The notes under the pieces are model-generated. The model made no database searches, had not been told where the DNA came from, and saw only the letters and a program-made list of their open reading frames with translations. A stretch of 64,000 nt of DNA from Craspedostauros australis. Its lineage: Eukaryota. Location of the stretch: assembly GCA_030167865.1 (NCBI GenBank), contig JALAGF010004219.1, positions 1 through 64,000 of the forward strand. Reading direction: 5' to 3'. Made by a program: the position numbers and the translations under genes. Within the stretch, counting starts at the first letter, position 1, and each line of letters opens with the position of its first letter. Below are positions 12,577-22,075 of the stretch, piece by piece.

Positions 12577-14688
12577 TCACGTTCCTGCCAACATGCCGTC
12601 GACATCAATGTCCACATCCTTGTCTTTGAATTCCTTTGCCTTCGTCAGCCCAGCCTCGCGCATTGCTTGGAGGTCGTCCTCTGCGTCCTTCGTGAAGAGC
12701 CTGCACTTCCCACAAGACTTGTGTGTGCAGTGCGCTGTTTGACAGAAATGGTCATATCCCTTGATGGGCTGGCGGCACAGGTAGCAACTGAATGCGCCGC
12801 AGGAGCATCTCATCTTGTTGCAACCGTCGCTCTTGATGAAGGACCGTTTGCACTTTGGGCAATTGCGGATCTTCGCGTTGGAGATCGCCTCCTCGACGGC
12901 CAACCGCCCATCTGTCTTCTGCTGCGACTTTGCTTCCTCGCAGCGCAAAGGGATGTGCGATTCCTTGCCACATTTGCGACAAGACTCGAAGCCGCAACCT
13001 TCCACCGGGCAGCAGAAGACCATTTGTGTGGTTGGTAGGACGGCCTTGTAGTCGCACTTAGGACACGACACCAGGTTGTCGTCCAGACCCGCCTGATCAA
13101 CCGCAAGTTGGCACTGCAACGAGTTGTACTTCTCCATCGTGGTTTCATCCAGCGCTTTGCGCAGATGTTCGAAGGAGAATGATGAATGGCAGCCGTCACC
13201 GTGAAAGCAGAGGAGCTCCAAGGAGGGCTTCTTGGTCCTTGGGTCGATGCCCAGATTGCCGCTCCCGAAGATCTGGCTCTTGGTGAAGCTGCCGAGACAT
13301 TCGACGCAGAAGAGATGGCCTTCGTCGCGGCAAGACACCATCTCGTCGATGTGGATCTTGCCAAAGCAGCAGGAGCACTCCACGCCCGTACCGGACACCT
13401 CCGTCTCGTGTCGCAATTTGTTGCGAGCGACCAGGGCTGCCATCTCCGACATCCATTCGTGCTGCTTCTTCTGCACGTGCTGGATCTCAGCCGCCAAGAT
13501 CTCATCGGTGATGGCGAATGGTTTCTGCCGTCGGATTGTGACAATAGTTTCACGTTTGCCAAAGCGCCCGCGTTGCAATGGTGACAGGTGGGTGGTGAGG
13601 AGGACCTTTCGCAAGGTCTTGTATTGGAGGATGTTCTTCTCTTCTTCGGTGGGCTTTGGTTTGGTGGGGTCGTCCTTCATATTGATCCCCAGCAAGGTGT
13701 CGATGATCCCCTTGCGCGCGATGGAGTAATGCCAGCTGCATCCCTTGAGCCGCGTCTTTATGGAGTTTTTCGACATGAAGGGGAATTCGTTCGCCATGTG
13801 CTGCACTACCTCCTTGCGGTAAGCATCCGAGGATTCGAATGACGTTGTCGACATGTAATCGTACTGGGATTCTGCCTTTTGCGGGCGGAGTTTGATGACT
13901 GGATTGCTCTGTATGTGCTTGGTTTGCGCAGTAGGAAAGGATTTTGCAGCTGCCAGCGCGGTGATGACGCGACCAACGCTGTTGCCACTTTCGTGGTAGA
14001 GGTTGCGGGCATATTCTGGATCCACGGTTGGGAAGATCTCGAAGATGCTGTGGAGCGGATCAGCTGGTGCTTTAACCTCCATGATCTCGACCTCAGAATG
14101 CTGATCTCCCGCCTCTACCGCTGCCACTATCTCTACCTCTACCTCGGATCCATCATCAACCTCAGCTTGCTCATGTCCATGCTGCTGCTGCTGCTGTCCA
14201 TCGAGCCTTGTGCGCTTCCGTCTCCATTGCGGTGACTTTGCCGCAGGCTTCCTATCATCATCCAAGACCATGACGACATCGGGGTTGACGCCTTCTTTGT
14301 CTCTCTTGCCGCGTCTCTTTCGTTGACCAGCATGGGGATGAACGAGTGGAGAAGCGACTGTACCAACGAACACGATGGGGGAGTCGTCGCCGTCGGTGCG
14401 AATGCCTGGACCGGCGTCATCATCGCTGTCTATCAATGAAACGATTCCTTGAGCTTGTGCAACGGCATCTCCTGCCGCTGCTGCTCTCGCAGGAACAGAA
14501 CGACCACAACCCATTCGCTTTGCCATTCGGAGCCGCAATCGTTCCTTCCGACGCTCGGTGCCCGTCTTTGTGATGGCCTTCGTCATGACACTGACCACCT
14601 CGTCAGCCTCCGATTCCGACTCGCACAAGTCCACGTTGAAGGCTGCCGGAGGTTGCGCCGTGTCAACGTCAATCAGCGTGTTTGACAT
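12577..14688 (-). CDS. RBR (RING-IBR-RING) E3 ubiquitin ligase, RNF216/TRIAD3-like, with CUE-like domain
   Basis: RING1 ECSCCF..C..GHLFCVEC..C; IBR CPKC..C..C..SCRKC..H..C; RING2 CPKCKRSFIKSDGCNKMRCSCGAFSCYLC followed by YDHFC..C..C..C.L; CUE-like IFEIFPTVDP. ATG taken at 14688. Confidence 0.88.
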   Translation of the reverse strand: MSNTLIDVDTAQPPAAFNVDLCESESEADEVVSVMTKAITKTGTERRKERLRLRMAKRMGCGRSVPARAAAAGDAVAQAQGIVSLIDSDDDAGPGIRTDGDDSPIVFVGTVASPLVHPHAGQRKRRGKRDKEGVNPDVVMVLDDDRKPAAKSPQWRRKRTRLDGQQQQQHGHEQAEVDDGSEVEVEIVAAVEAGDQHSEVEIMEVKAPADPLHSIFEIFPTVDPEYARNLYHESGNSVGRVITALAAAKSFPTAQTKHIQSNPVIKLRPQKAESQYDYMSTTSFESSDAYRKEVVQHMANEFPFMSKNSIKTRLKGCSWHYSIARKGIIDTLLGINMKDDPTKPKPTEEEKNILQYKTLRKVLLTTHLSPLQRGRFGKRETIVTIRRQKPFAITDEILAAEIQHVQKKQHEWMSEMAALVARNKLRHETEVSGTGVECSCCFGKIHIDEMVSCRDEGHLFCVECLGSFTKSQIFGSGNLGIDPRTKKPSLELLCFHGDGCHSSFSFEHLRKALDETTMEKYNSLQCQLAVDQAGLDDNLVSCPKCDYKAVLPTTQMVFCCPVEGCGFESCRKCGKESHIPLRCEEAKSQQKTDGRLAVEEAISNAKIRNCPKCKRSFIKSDGCNKMRCSCGAFSCYLCRQPIKGYDHFCQTAHCTHKSCGKCRLFTKDAEDDLQAMREAGLTKAKEFKDKDVDIDVDGMLAGT

Positions 14689-15253
14689 GTTGCTGCTGTT
14701 TCGCGGGTCCGATCGCTTGGTTCTCGTTTCTTCCTTTCCTTCTTTCCTTCGTTTTTGTTCGCACGTCGTCCTCTCTTCGTTGTCGCACCCCTGAACTGCT
14801 CTCGTGTCTCGCAAGCATGCGATCTGTGGGCGTCTCTTTCTCCTCGTTGGGTCGTTTCTTCCCTCCACATCTCCGCGATTCGCGGTCTGTTTTTAATTGC
14901 GAGAACAACAACAGAAACGCAAAGTTGATGCGCGACCATTTTTTGACATCTGGGCAATACTGTCCGTTTGTCCACGTTTTCGTTCGTTTATTTTGGGAGT
15001 TGCGTTGATATTTTGTTTGTATGAGTTACATTGTGATTTTGGATTCAAGCGTGTCCTTATTCGATGCAAATCGTGGCGCCAGGCACAAGGCAGAAACGAA
15101 AGCGCAAGGTAGCGCCAACTCACCATACAACCAAGGCACCGCCATACTATACCCTCAAGGTGTTGCCATACGACTACGAGTACACGTGATACGTCTGAGC
15201 AATAGATCACCCAGTGCCATTCAACACGCGCCGCTCCGCTCCGTTGCAACACC

Positions 15254-16363
15254 ATGGCTCTCCCGAACAGAGACACAAGAGGGGCGGGCAAAAGTCTGCA
15301 CGCAAGATGGAACAAGCGGAGCTCGACATCAGGTTGCGGCCGCACCCTCCAGATGATGGCCGGTGCCATCCTTCTCATTGTGGTCTTGCGACTCATGACT
15401 GCTGGAGATGACGGTGCGATTTCACAACAGCAGATCCAACAGCAGCAGCAGCAGCAGCCCTCCTCCGAGCAACGCATGGACAGCGGACCAATGCGAGAAT
15501 TGGAGAAGGAGCCCGCTTTCTTGAAGACATTGAAAAGCTGCTTGCCACAAACCAACAAGCACTGCAAGATTTACATTCCACCCCACACGACAACAGAACG
15601 GATTGCGCTCGTCACGCCGCCCGGTCACATCGGTGAGCGGCTCCATGAATTGTTGCAGAGCATAGTCGCGACGACTGACGACGCCAAATTCGACCTGATC
15701 CACACCACGTCCATTCCGCCCTATGGGTACGGCAAAACGCACGGCTGGACCAGAATCATTCGATTTGTGCCTACGCCCATGCTCATGGGCGTCATGGATA
15801 CGATGCAATGGTACTCCGAAACGGGAGGCGTTGAGATTGCGTCCGATGCTGACGCTTTGTTGCGGCAGTACGTGCGGTACCATTGTCGGTTGAGTCATAT
15901 CGCGGCGCACACTTCGCTGTGGACGATTCGGACGTCGGATGTGCTGGACGGGACAGCGGAGGATTTTGTGGCGCAAGCCAAGAGCTTCTTAGGAATCTCA
16001 ACGGACACGATATCGCTCGAGACCAGCAACGCGGGGGCTGCCTTTGCAAGTCTGCGGCTCGTGTTGCGGGGATTGCAGTCCGCCGATTCGGAGTCATCGT
16101 CGAGGCTGGTGAGCGTGCAGGCGAATGGGTTCGATGCGGTGCTGGATCGGGAACTGAAGATCTCCAAAGATCTGTCCAACTGGCCATGCGAATCCTTTTG
16201 GACGGTGGGGGATGACCATGGACCAGCGTCAAGCACATTGGAGCTGAGTCCTTTCATTCAGTCAATTGCCACGGCGATGAGTCCCAACTGCACGGCGCCG
16301 CTCACGAAGTGCTTCGTCAAGAGAGACAAATGTGAAGCAGCTGGTGATGGTCCCTGTCATTAA
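15254..16363 (+). CDS. Uncharacterised type II membrane protein with Cys-containing lumenal domain
   Basis: 369-aa ORF with a single N-proximal TM (MMAGAILLIVVLRL), polyQ linker, globular region (PPYGYGKTHGWTRIIRF; RQYVRYHCRLSH) and C-terminal Cys cluster. Confidence 0.75.
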   Translation: MALPNRDTRGAGKSLHARWNKRSSTSGCGRTLQMMAGAILLIVVLRLMTAGDDGAISQQQIQQQQQQQPSSEQRMDSGPMRELEKEPAFLKTLKSCLPQTNKHCKIYIPPHTTTERIALVTPPGHIGERLHELLQSIVATTDDAKFDLIHTTSIPPYGYGKTHGWTRIIRFVPTPMLMGVMDTMQWYSETGGVEIASDADALLRQYVRYHCRLSHIAAHTSLWTIRTSDVLDGTAEDFVAQAKSFLGISTDTISLETSNAGAAFASLRLVLRGLQSADSESSSRLVSVQANGFDAVLDRELKISKDLSNWPCESFWTVGDDHGPASSTLELSPFIQSIATAMSPNCTAPLTKCFVKRDKCEAAGDGPCH

Positions 16364-17012
16364 GAGAGAGAGAGAGAAACGAGATTCGATGAATTGCTAT
16401 CGAGCCACTCCACGCAGTTTTGCATCAGTGATTTAGAATGTACGTGAGCAGAGCATAATAGAGCGAAGTGATCTGTCCAAAAGTTCGCCGTGGGTTAGTT
16501 GTTCAATGTAACAGCCGTGAGTGTGGGCGCGGGTGCGATCTGCTACTGCCGATCGCGATGGTTTGCCGATCAATCCTCGTCTATCGTGCCCTTGTTTGTG
16601 GATCTCACTTAGTCCCTTCGTCTTTATCGCAGTAACGACACGACCGCGTTGTATCCTGGCACATCACGGGGTTTTCCCTCGTGTTTGCGATTGCGATGGC
16701 TGCGATTGTTCATTCCAAGCGGCCGCTCTCTCTCTGGAGTGACCACCCATGCGCCTCCTGCCGTTCCTCCTTTGGCGTACATATCCAAGGTGGTACCCAA
16801 GGTGGCATCCAAGGTGATCACGTCAAGAAGTACACACACGTCGTGCCGTTCGCTTCGTTGCTGTCTTTCGTTCTATTTCTTCCTTCCATCCTGCTCGTCA
16901 TGCTGAACTCTCCATGTAAATACTAGCATGTGCCTCCATTCCTTCCTTCCTTCCGTCGTTCCCCATTTTCGTTCAGACCGCTGCATCGCGGCGCTCTGAT
17001 CGTCTCCATTCT

Positions 17013-17652
17013 CTATTTCGATTTCGTGGGCGCGTTTTCCTGACGTGCCGCATCTTGCAGCAGCTCCGTGTCGACGTGCTCTGGCGGGATCTGAATATAC
17101 CGAATGACGCTGCCTCGCACGAAGCAGTTCTGCAGTGCGCAGAGCTGCGGGTACTTGTCGGGGTTGACGATCTTGACATTCATGAGCTTGACGTTGAGGT
17201 ACTGGTCGACGCTGTGCAGCGTGCCCGTCATGACGACGTCGTTCTTCAGTTCCACGGCGATCTCCTTGCCCACGAGGGTCTTGAAGAAGGAGAGGAAGAT
17301 CTGTGGGGTTCCATTTGGTTCGATGATAATCGGTGCGATGATGCAGGGTAGGATCGTGCATGTCGCAGTGATTTCGTTGTCGGTGTCGTCGATGTTGTCG
17401 ATATCCATGTCAATATCATCAAGAAGACAGAGATGGACGAGGAGGAGGACGAGATGAAGTGTGAGAACAAGTGCTTCATTGTGCTTGGAGGTGGTTTAGT
17501 GATTGGCGGCTGATTGACGACTTCTTGATGCGATCTCCATGTCTGCAAAGCACCGATCAAGCGTACCCGTACTTGCAGGTCGGTTGTGCGGAATGTAAGC
17601 GATGCTTGTCCATCAGCCGCCTTCCGCAATGGCACAAGTGGAGACTCACCAT
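17013..17652 (-). CDS. LSM2: U6 snRNA-associated Sm-like protein LSm2; exons 17652-17650 (ATG only) and 17300-17013
   Basis: IFLSFFKTLVGKEIAVELKND...GTLHSVDQYLNVKL...NCFVRGSVIRYI...DTELLQDAAR. Minus-strand ATG|GTGAGT donor at 17649 and CAG acceptor at 17301. Confidence 0.93.
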
Positions 17653-17983
17653 ATTCCGATTCAAAGGTGTTATAGTTATGCGTGGTAGTATCTGTCGGTT
17701 CCGCTTTCCCACGAAGGATCTTCAAGGATTTGCGAGGCGAGTGATGCGATGTGATGTGATGTGAATGGGGTCTTCAAGTGGATGGTTGATTGCTCAGAGT
17801 TGGTGGGGATTCCTCAGCAATTCGGGCCTTGGGCGCGGGATGGGTTTTCGTGGTGGGAGGATGTGTGGATGCCAGATGCGGTTGTTTTTGTTGGGTGGTT
17901 GTGGGTGGAGATTGCTGAACGAAGTCCATTTGATTGATTAAGTAGCATAATTTCGCCAGGGAGAGTTGGAAAAGCACTGAAAC

Positions 17984-18063
17984 AGCCCAAGGTCGTGGGT
18001 TCGACCCCCATCTGGAGCATCCATGTGCTCTTGTAACTCAGTGGTCAGAGTGTGGGTCTTATG
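17984..18063 (+). tRNA. Circularly permuted tRNA-Ile(UAU): 3' half (pos 38-73) at 17984-18019, 7-nt spacer, 5' half (pos 1-37) at 18027-18063
   Basis: Rejoined sequence GCTCTTGTAACTCAGTGGTCAGAGTGTGGGTCTTATG|AGCCCAAGGTCGTGGGTTCGACCCCCATCTGGAGCA (73 nt) folds into a full cloverleaf: acceptor GCTCTTG/CTGGAGC, D stem ACTC/GAGT, anticodon stem TGGGT/GCCCA, T stem GTGGG/CCCAT, TTCGA loop. Anticodon TAT at 18060-18062. Confidence 0.92.
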
Positions 18064-18070
18064 AGTGCTG

Positions 18071-18103
18071 TTTTGCATGAGCGTCTTTTCGCTCCCTCTT
18101 TTT
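18071..18103 (+). terminator. Candidate RNA polymerase III T-run terminators for the permuted tRNA
   Basis: TTTT at 18071-18074 right after the trailer helix, then a GAGCG/CGCTC hairpin and TTTTT at 18099-18103. Confidence 0.5.
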
Positions 18104-19379
18104 GTGGCGGCAGATTGATATCACGCTGACTTTGTCTTGTCGGCAACAAGCCCCCTCTTTTGTTGTTGAGAGTTGAAGGCATCGCCCCAAACATGCCATA
18201 GTTTATGTCTTATAATAGTTCCATTGCGATATTGCTCTGCGTGCGCGCCGAGGAGGAGACTTTCCAGAGAACTTGAGAGACTATATATTTTGTAGAATAT
18301 TTGTAGTGTGAGATCTCGTGCTCAATCTTTATCGCAGAAGGGATCACTCTTTGTTGTCTTCCGCCCTGAGGCGATTGCCGTGCTGCGCGCAACTTTGGAA
18401 TCCTCACGTCGCTGCTCTGCGACGCAAGGAACCTCGCCCAGGTACCACCCATCTCCTGCCTTGGGCGTTCCATCATCACACGGCGCGAGAATTCTGCTCC
18501 TTCGTGGCTTCTCGGTTTCGAGAATTGTCGAATCTTCCACTTCATGCCTTTTCGAGAATTGGCGCGAGTGTTCCTGGTCGACTCATACGACTAACGGACC
18601 CACAATTCTGGTTGATGATGTACTTCTGTGTGGAGCGTCACAGCCATCGCACTTTTGGGAGGTGGACAGAAGAACGAGAGAAGTTCTCGATTTGGTTGAC
18701 ACATCAACCTCAGAATCATCCACGATCGTCGTGGCGATCATCATCACGGCTCCCTCGTTTTGTCATTACCTGTCCCTCGTTGTGTCTCACGTTGAGCTGC
18801 ATCCACACACGCAGTCACATAAACAAAGACGTTCCGTCCCCTCCCTCCTGCTGCCGATCCCCCCTGTTCACGAAATCGAGAGCGCCACCCAACTCGACGG
18901 AGGCAGAGGCCGTCCAACTACGCACATTTGGTCACAACCACGCTACTGGTAATTTGCAGGACGTGTTGCACACAGACACGCACATTCTCCTTCTCAGCAT
19001 TGAGTGCGTGGCGCATTCCACCAAGTCATCACCGTTGCTATCATCATCGCGATTTGCAACGACAACACCACCACCATCGTTTCAGGCATCGTCGGTACCG
19101 CCTGTGCCAGCAGAGAGGCCAAAGCAGAACCATCAGCATCAACAGAATCTCTTCATCGAACTCTGAAGAGGAATCGGTGATTCGGTTGACACAACAACGA
19201 GACCGCCCTCCGACCCAGGATTCCTCAATCACCAACATTCCAAAGAACATTTCTGACGGAGCAGTGTGAGATAACCCTCCTCTGCTCGACTCCAAGCCAC
19301 TCTACGCCATCCTATCGCATCCCATTATACTTCATATTACACGAATCTTCTGCGGTCGGCAACACCCGCAACACCCAAG

Positions 19380-22075
19380 ATGAGACCGCCATCCATCTCG
19401 GCGACCATGCTCTGGTGCATGTGCACCATGGCGCCACGGTCCTCCGCTTTCCTGGGGACGCGAGCAACCCGCAGGAATCCGCACACGCAATCGCAGCAGT
19501 ACCCATCACAGCTGCATCAAAAACAGCAGCAGCAGGAACGACAGCATCACGGGCTATGGCAGCTGGGACAGCAGCAACTCTCGGCGATTGATTCCAAGCA
19601 ACTCAGATTCTTGGATGATACACGGATCAAATCTCAGGAGGCCAAACAAGTGCAGCGGCAGCAGGCAGAACAAGATGGAGATGACCAGGAGCTGTCGCCG
19701 TTGACCGGCGCCGCCATCTCATCATCATCGCAGTTACAAGCGCACACGCATTCGCTGGCGCAGACTCAACCTTCCAGAATAATTCCCAACGCATCCGTCA
19801 ACCAGCTGCTTGGCACTGACATTGGCACGGCCAGCAACGATACCCACGCCGACTTTTTCGAAAGCAACGACGGCGAAATCGACGAACTAGCATTGACGAT
19901 GCTATCGAATCATCCCAAGCAAGCGTACGGACCGTCGTTGAATCTAACGGACGATGAGAGAGACCTCTTTCGCCTGCTGAGAGAAGCAAAGCAGAATACC
20001 AACGTCTCCACAACCCTTCGCGTTGCCGGCGGCTGGGTTCGGGACAAACTCCTGGCAACTCCAGAATTCTCCCAGCCATTGGCGGAGCCCATCGTCGAAC
20101 GCCTCACCTCCAAGTTCAAGGGATCGACGGGTGGGGCCAGTCTGGGCCGGCAGGGCACCAAGGTCCTGTCGGCGAACAGCATCGCGCCCGTAGACATCGA
20201 TATTGCACTCGATGACATGCTCGGCCGGGAGTTCGCGGACCGGCTCAATGAGTACCTGTCGGGGAAGGGAGAAGAGACGATCAGCGTCGGCGTGGTGCTC
20301 AAGAATCCAGAAAAGTCCAAGCATCTGGAGACGGCCACAATGAAGGTCGGCTCCTTCTGGATCGACTTTGTCAACTTGCGCGCCGAGCAGTACGCGCAGG
20401 ACAGCCGCATCCCCGATCTCATGCGCATCGGCACGCCAGCCGAGGACGCCTTCCGCAGAGACTTGACCATCAACACGCTGTTCTACAACATCAACAACGG
20501 CATGGTGGAAGACTGGACGGGACGCGGCTTTCATGATCTCCAGAGAGGCGTCGTCGCCACGCCGCTGGCTCCGCTCACCACCCTCCTGGACGACCCGCTG
20601 CGCACCCTGCGGTCGGTTCGCTTTGCAGCGCGCCTCCGCTTCACCATGGACGAAGCCTTGCTCGACGCCGCCAAGAACAGCCGCGTGCGTCAGGCCTTGG
20701 CCGAGAAGGTCTCGCGAGAACGCGTGGGCGGTGAGATCGATCTCATGCTGCGCTCGCCCGATCCGGTGGGCGCCATGAGGCTCCTCATCAACCTGCAGCT
20801 GGTCACCACGGTCTTCCCCACCGAGGGATTGTTCGCTTTGGAGGAAGGCAAGGACGCGGACATGTTCCGCTCCGGCCTTGACCTCCTCTCCACGACGCAC
20901 GACCATCTGTGGGAATGCCAGCTGAAGCCGCCGGTGTGGTGCGACTCCAAGAAGTCCTACACGACGCACGGCGTTGACGAACGCACGCTGATGCAGGACG
21001 AGGAAGCACGGCGGTTGTTGTGGTACGCGGCATTCCTCAAACCGCTGTATGACCACGCTAGTAGCCTCCCCACCAAAGCCAAGAGCGCGCGGCAAGGCAA
21101 GAAGGCCAAACGGTCCATCACCTGCAAGCTGCTCGTGGATGAGCTCAAACGGCCCGTGCGCGACGCCGAGGCGATTGAAAAGATCATGAAGGCTGCTGAC
21201 GATTTTGGCGTTTTGTTCGACAGCGGCTGCGATCTTTCCGCGGTCTCCATCCTTCTCAGCAAAATTCGGGTCGCGGATGAACCGACGCAGAGCGACGAAC
21301 AGCGGAATGGGGTTCCGGACCATGTGTGCTTCATGAACGGCCGTGAAGTCAGCAGCACGCAGGAGGAGGATCCCGTGTGGAAGCATGCGATGGAGTTCCG
21401 GCTGCTCTGTTCCAAGGTCATGAACCGAATCGGGCCGCTCTGGAGAGCAGCGCTGCTGCTGTCGTTGGCGGAAGAGCTCCTGAACATCGAGGAGGAACTG
21501 GATTACACCATCGAAGGTGACGTTGTACGTGCCATCATATCATCATGCATGAACGTGGATATGCAGAATGCCCGAAAATTGCACGGAGATGTCAGGTTAT
21601 CGTTGTGTGCGTCTTCTTTTGTCTTGAGTGGTCCTCTACGGATGACATGTACGCTGCCATCTCTCACCCCATTTCGGCCCTCTTGTGTATTTTTGCGCTG
21701 TGCTGCAATTGGTGCTCCACGTATGAATGGTATTGCATGATTGCGGCGGACAACTGATACTGATGCAATAAACTCGCACACACTGATATGCGCACAACGC
21801 AGTTCCACGAAAGCAAGATGGAGCGCCGACAGGGCATCATCGATCGGTACAACGCGTTCGCGGTGGCGCTGCAACGCATAGGCCTCGTGGGTATTTGGGG
21901 TGAAAAACCGCTGATGGATGGCGGCAGCATCAAGAAAACCCTGCCGTCGATACCCAAGGGACCAGCCTTCCGCGATGTCATGGACGAGCAAACGAATTGG
22001 ATGACGGCGCATCCTGGTGCGCACATGGAGCTCCTGCAGGAGCACCTGGAAACGACATTTGCGGAGTACCGATGA
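19380..22075 (+). CDS. CCA1: tRNA nucleotidyltransferase (class II CCA-adding enzyme); exons 19380-21524 and 21803-22075
   Basis: LRVAGGWVRDKLL, DIDIALD, KHLETA, IDFVNLRAEQY..DSRIP, GTPAEDAFRRDLTINTLFYN, LDDPLRTLRSVRFAARL, KVSRERVGGE. Intron GTACGT(21525)..GCAG(21802). Exon 2 has KPLMDG and KGPAF..VMDEQ..W. Confidence 0.92.

Noticed and set aside
18021-18023. CCA in the spacer as a genomically encoded 3' CCA
   Set aside because: It is offset by one T from discriminator A73 (GCA-T-CCA), so it is not in register.
17984-18063. Interpretation as two broken tRNA pseudogene fragments or a tRNA-derived SINE
   Set aside because: The halves are exactly complementary (38-73 and 1-37) with no overlap or gap, all stems pair, and the flanks form a BHB at the break. 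Random decay would not produce this.
18308-19269. Overlapping 214/282/113-aa ORFs upstream of the CCA enzyme
   Set aside because: Low-information composition, mutually overlapping frames and no motifs; more likely promoter/UTR.
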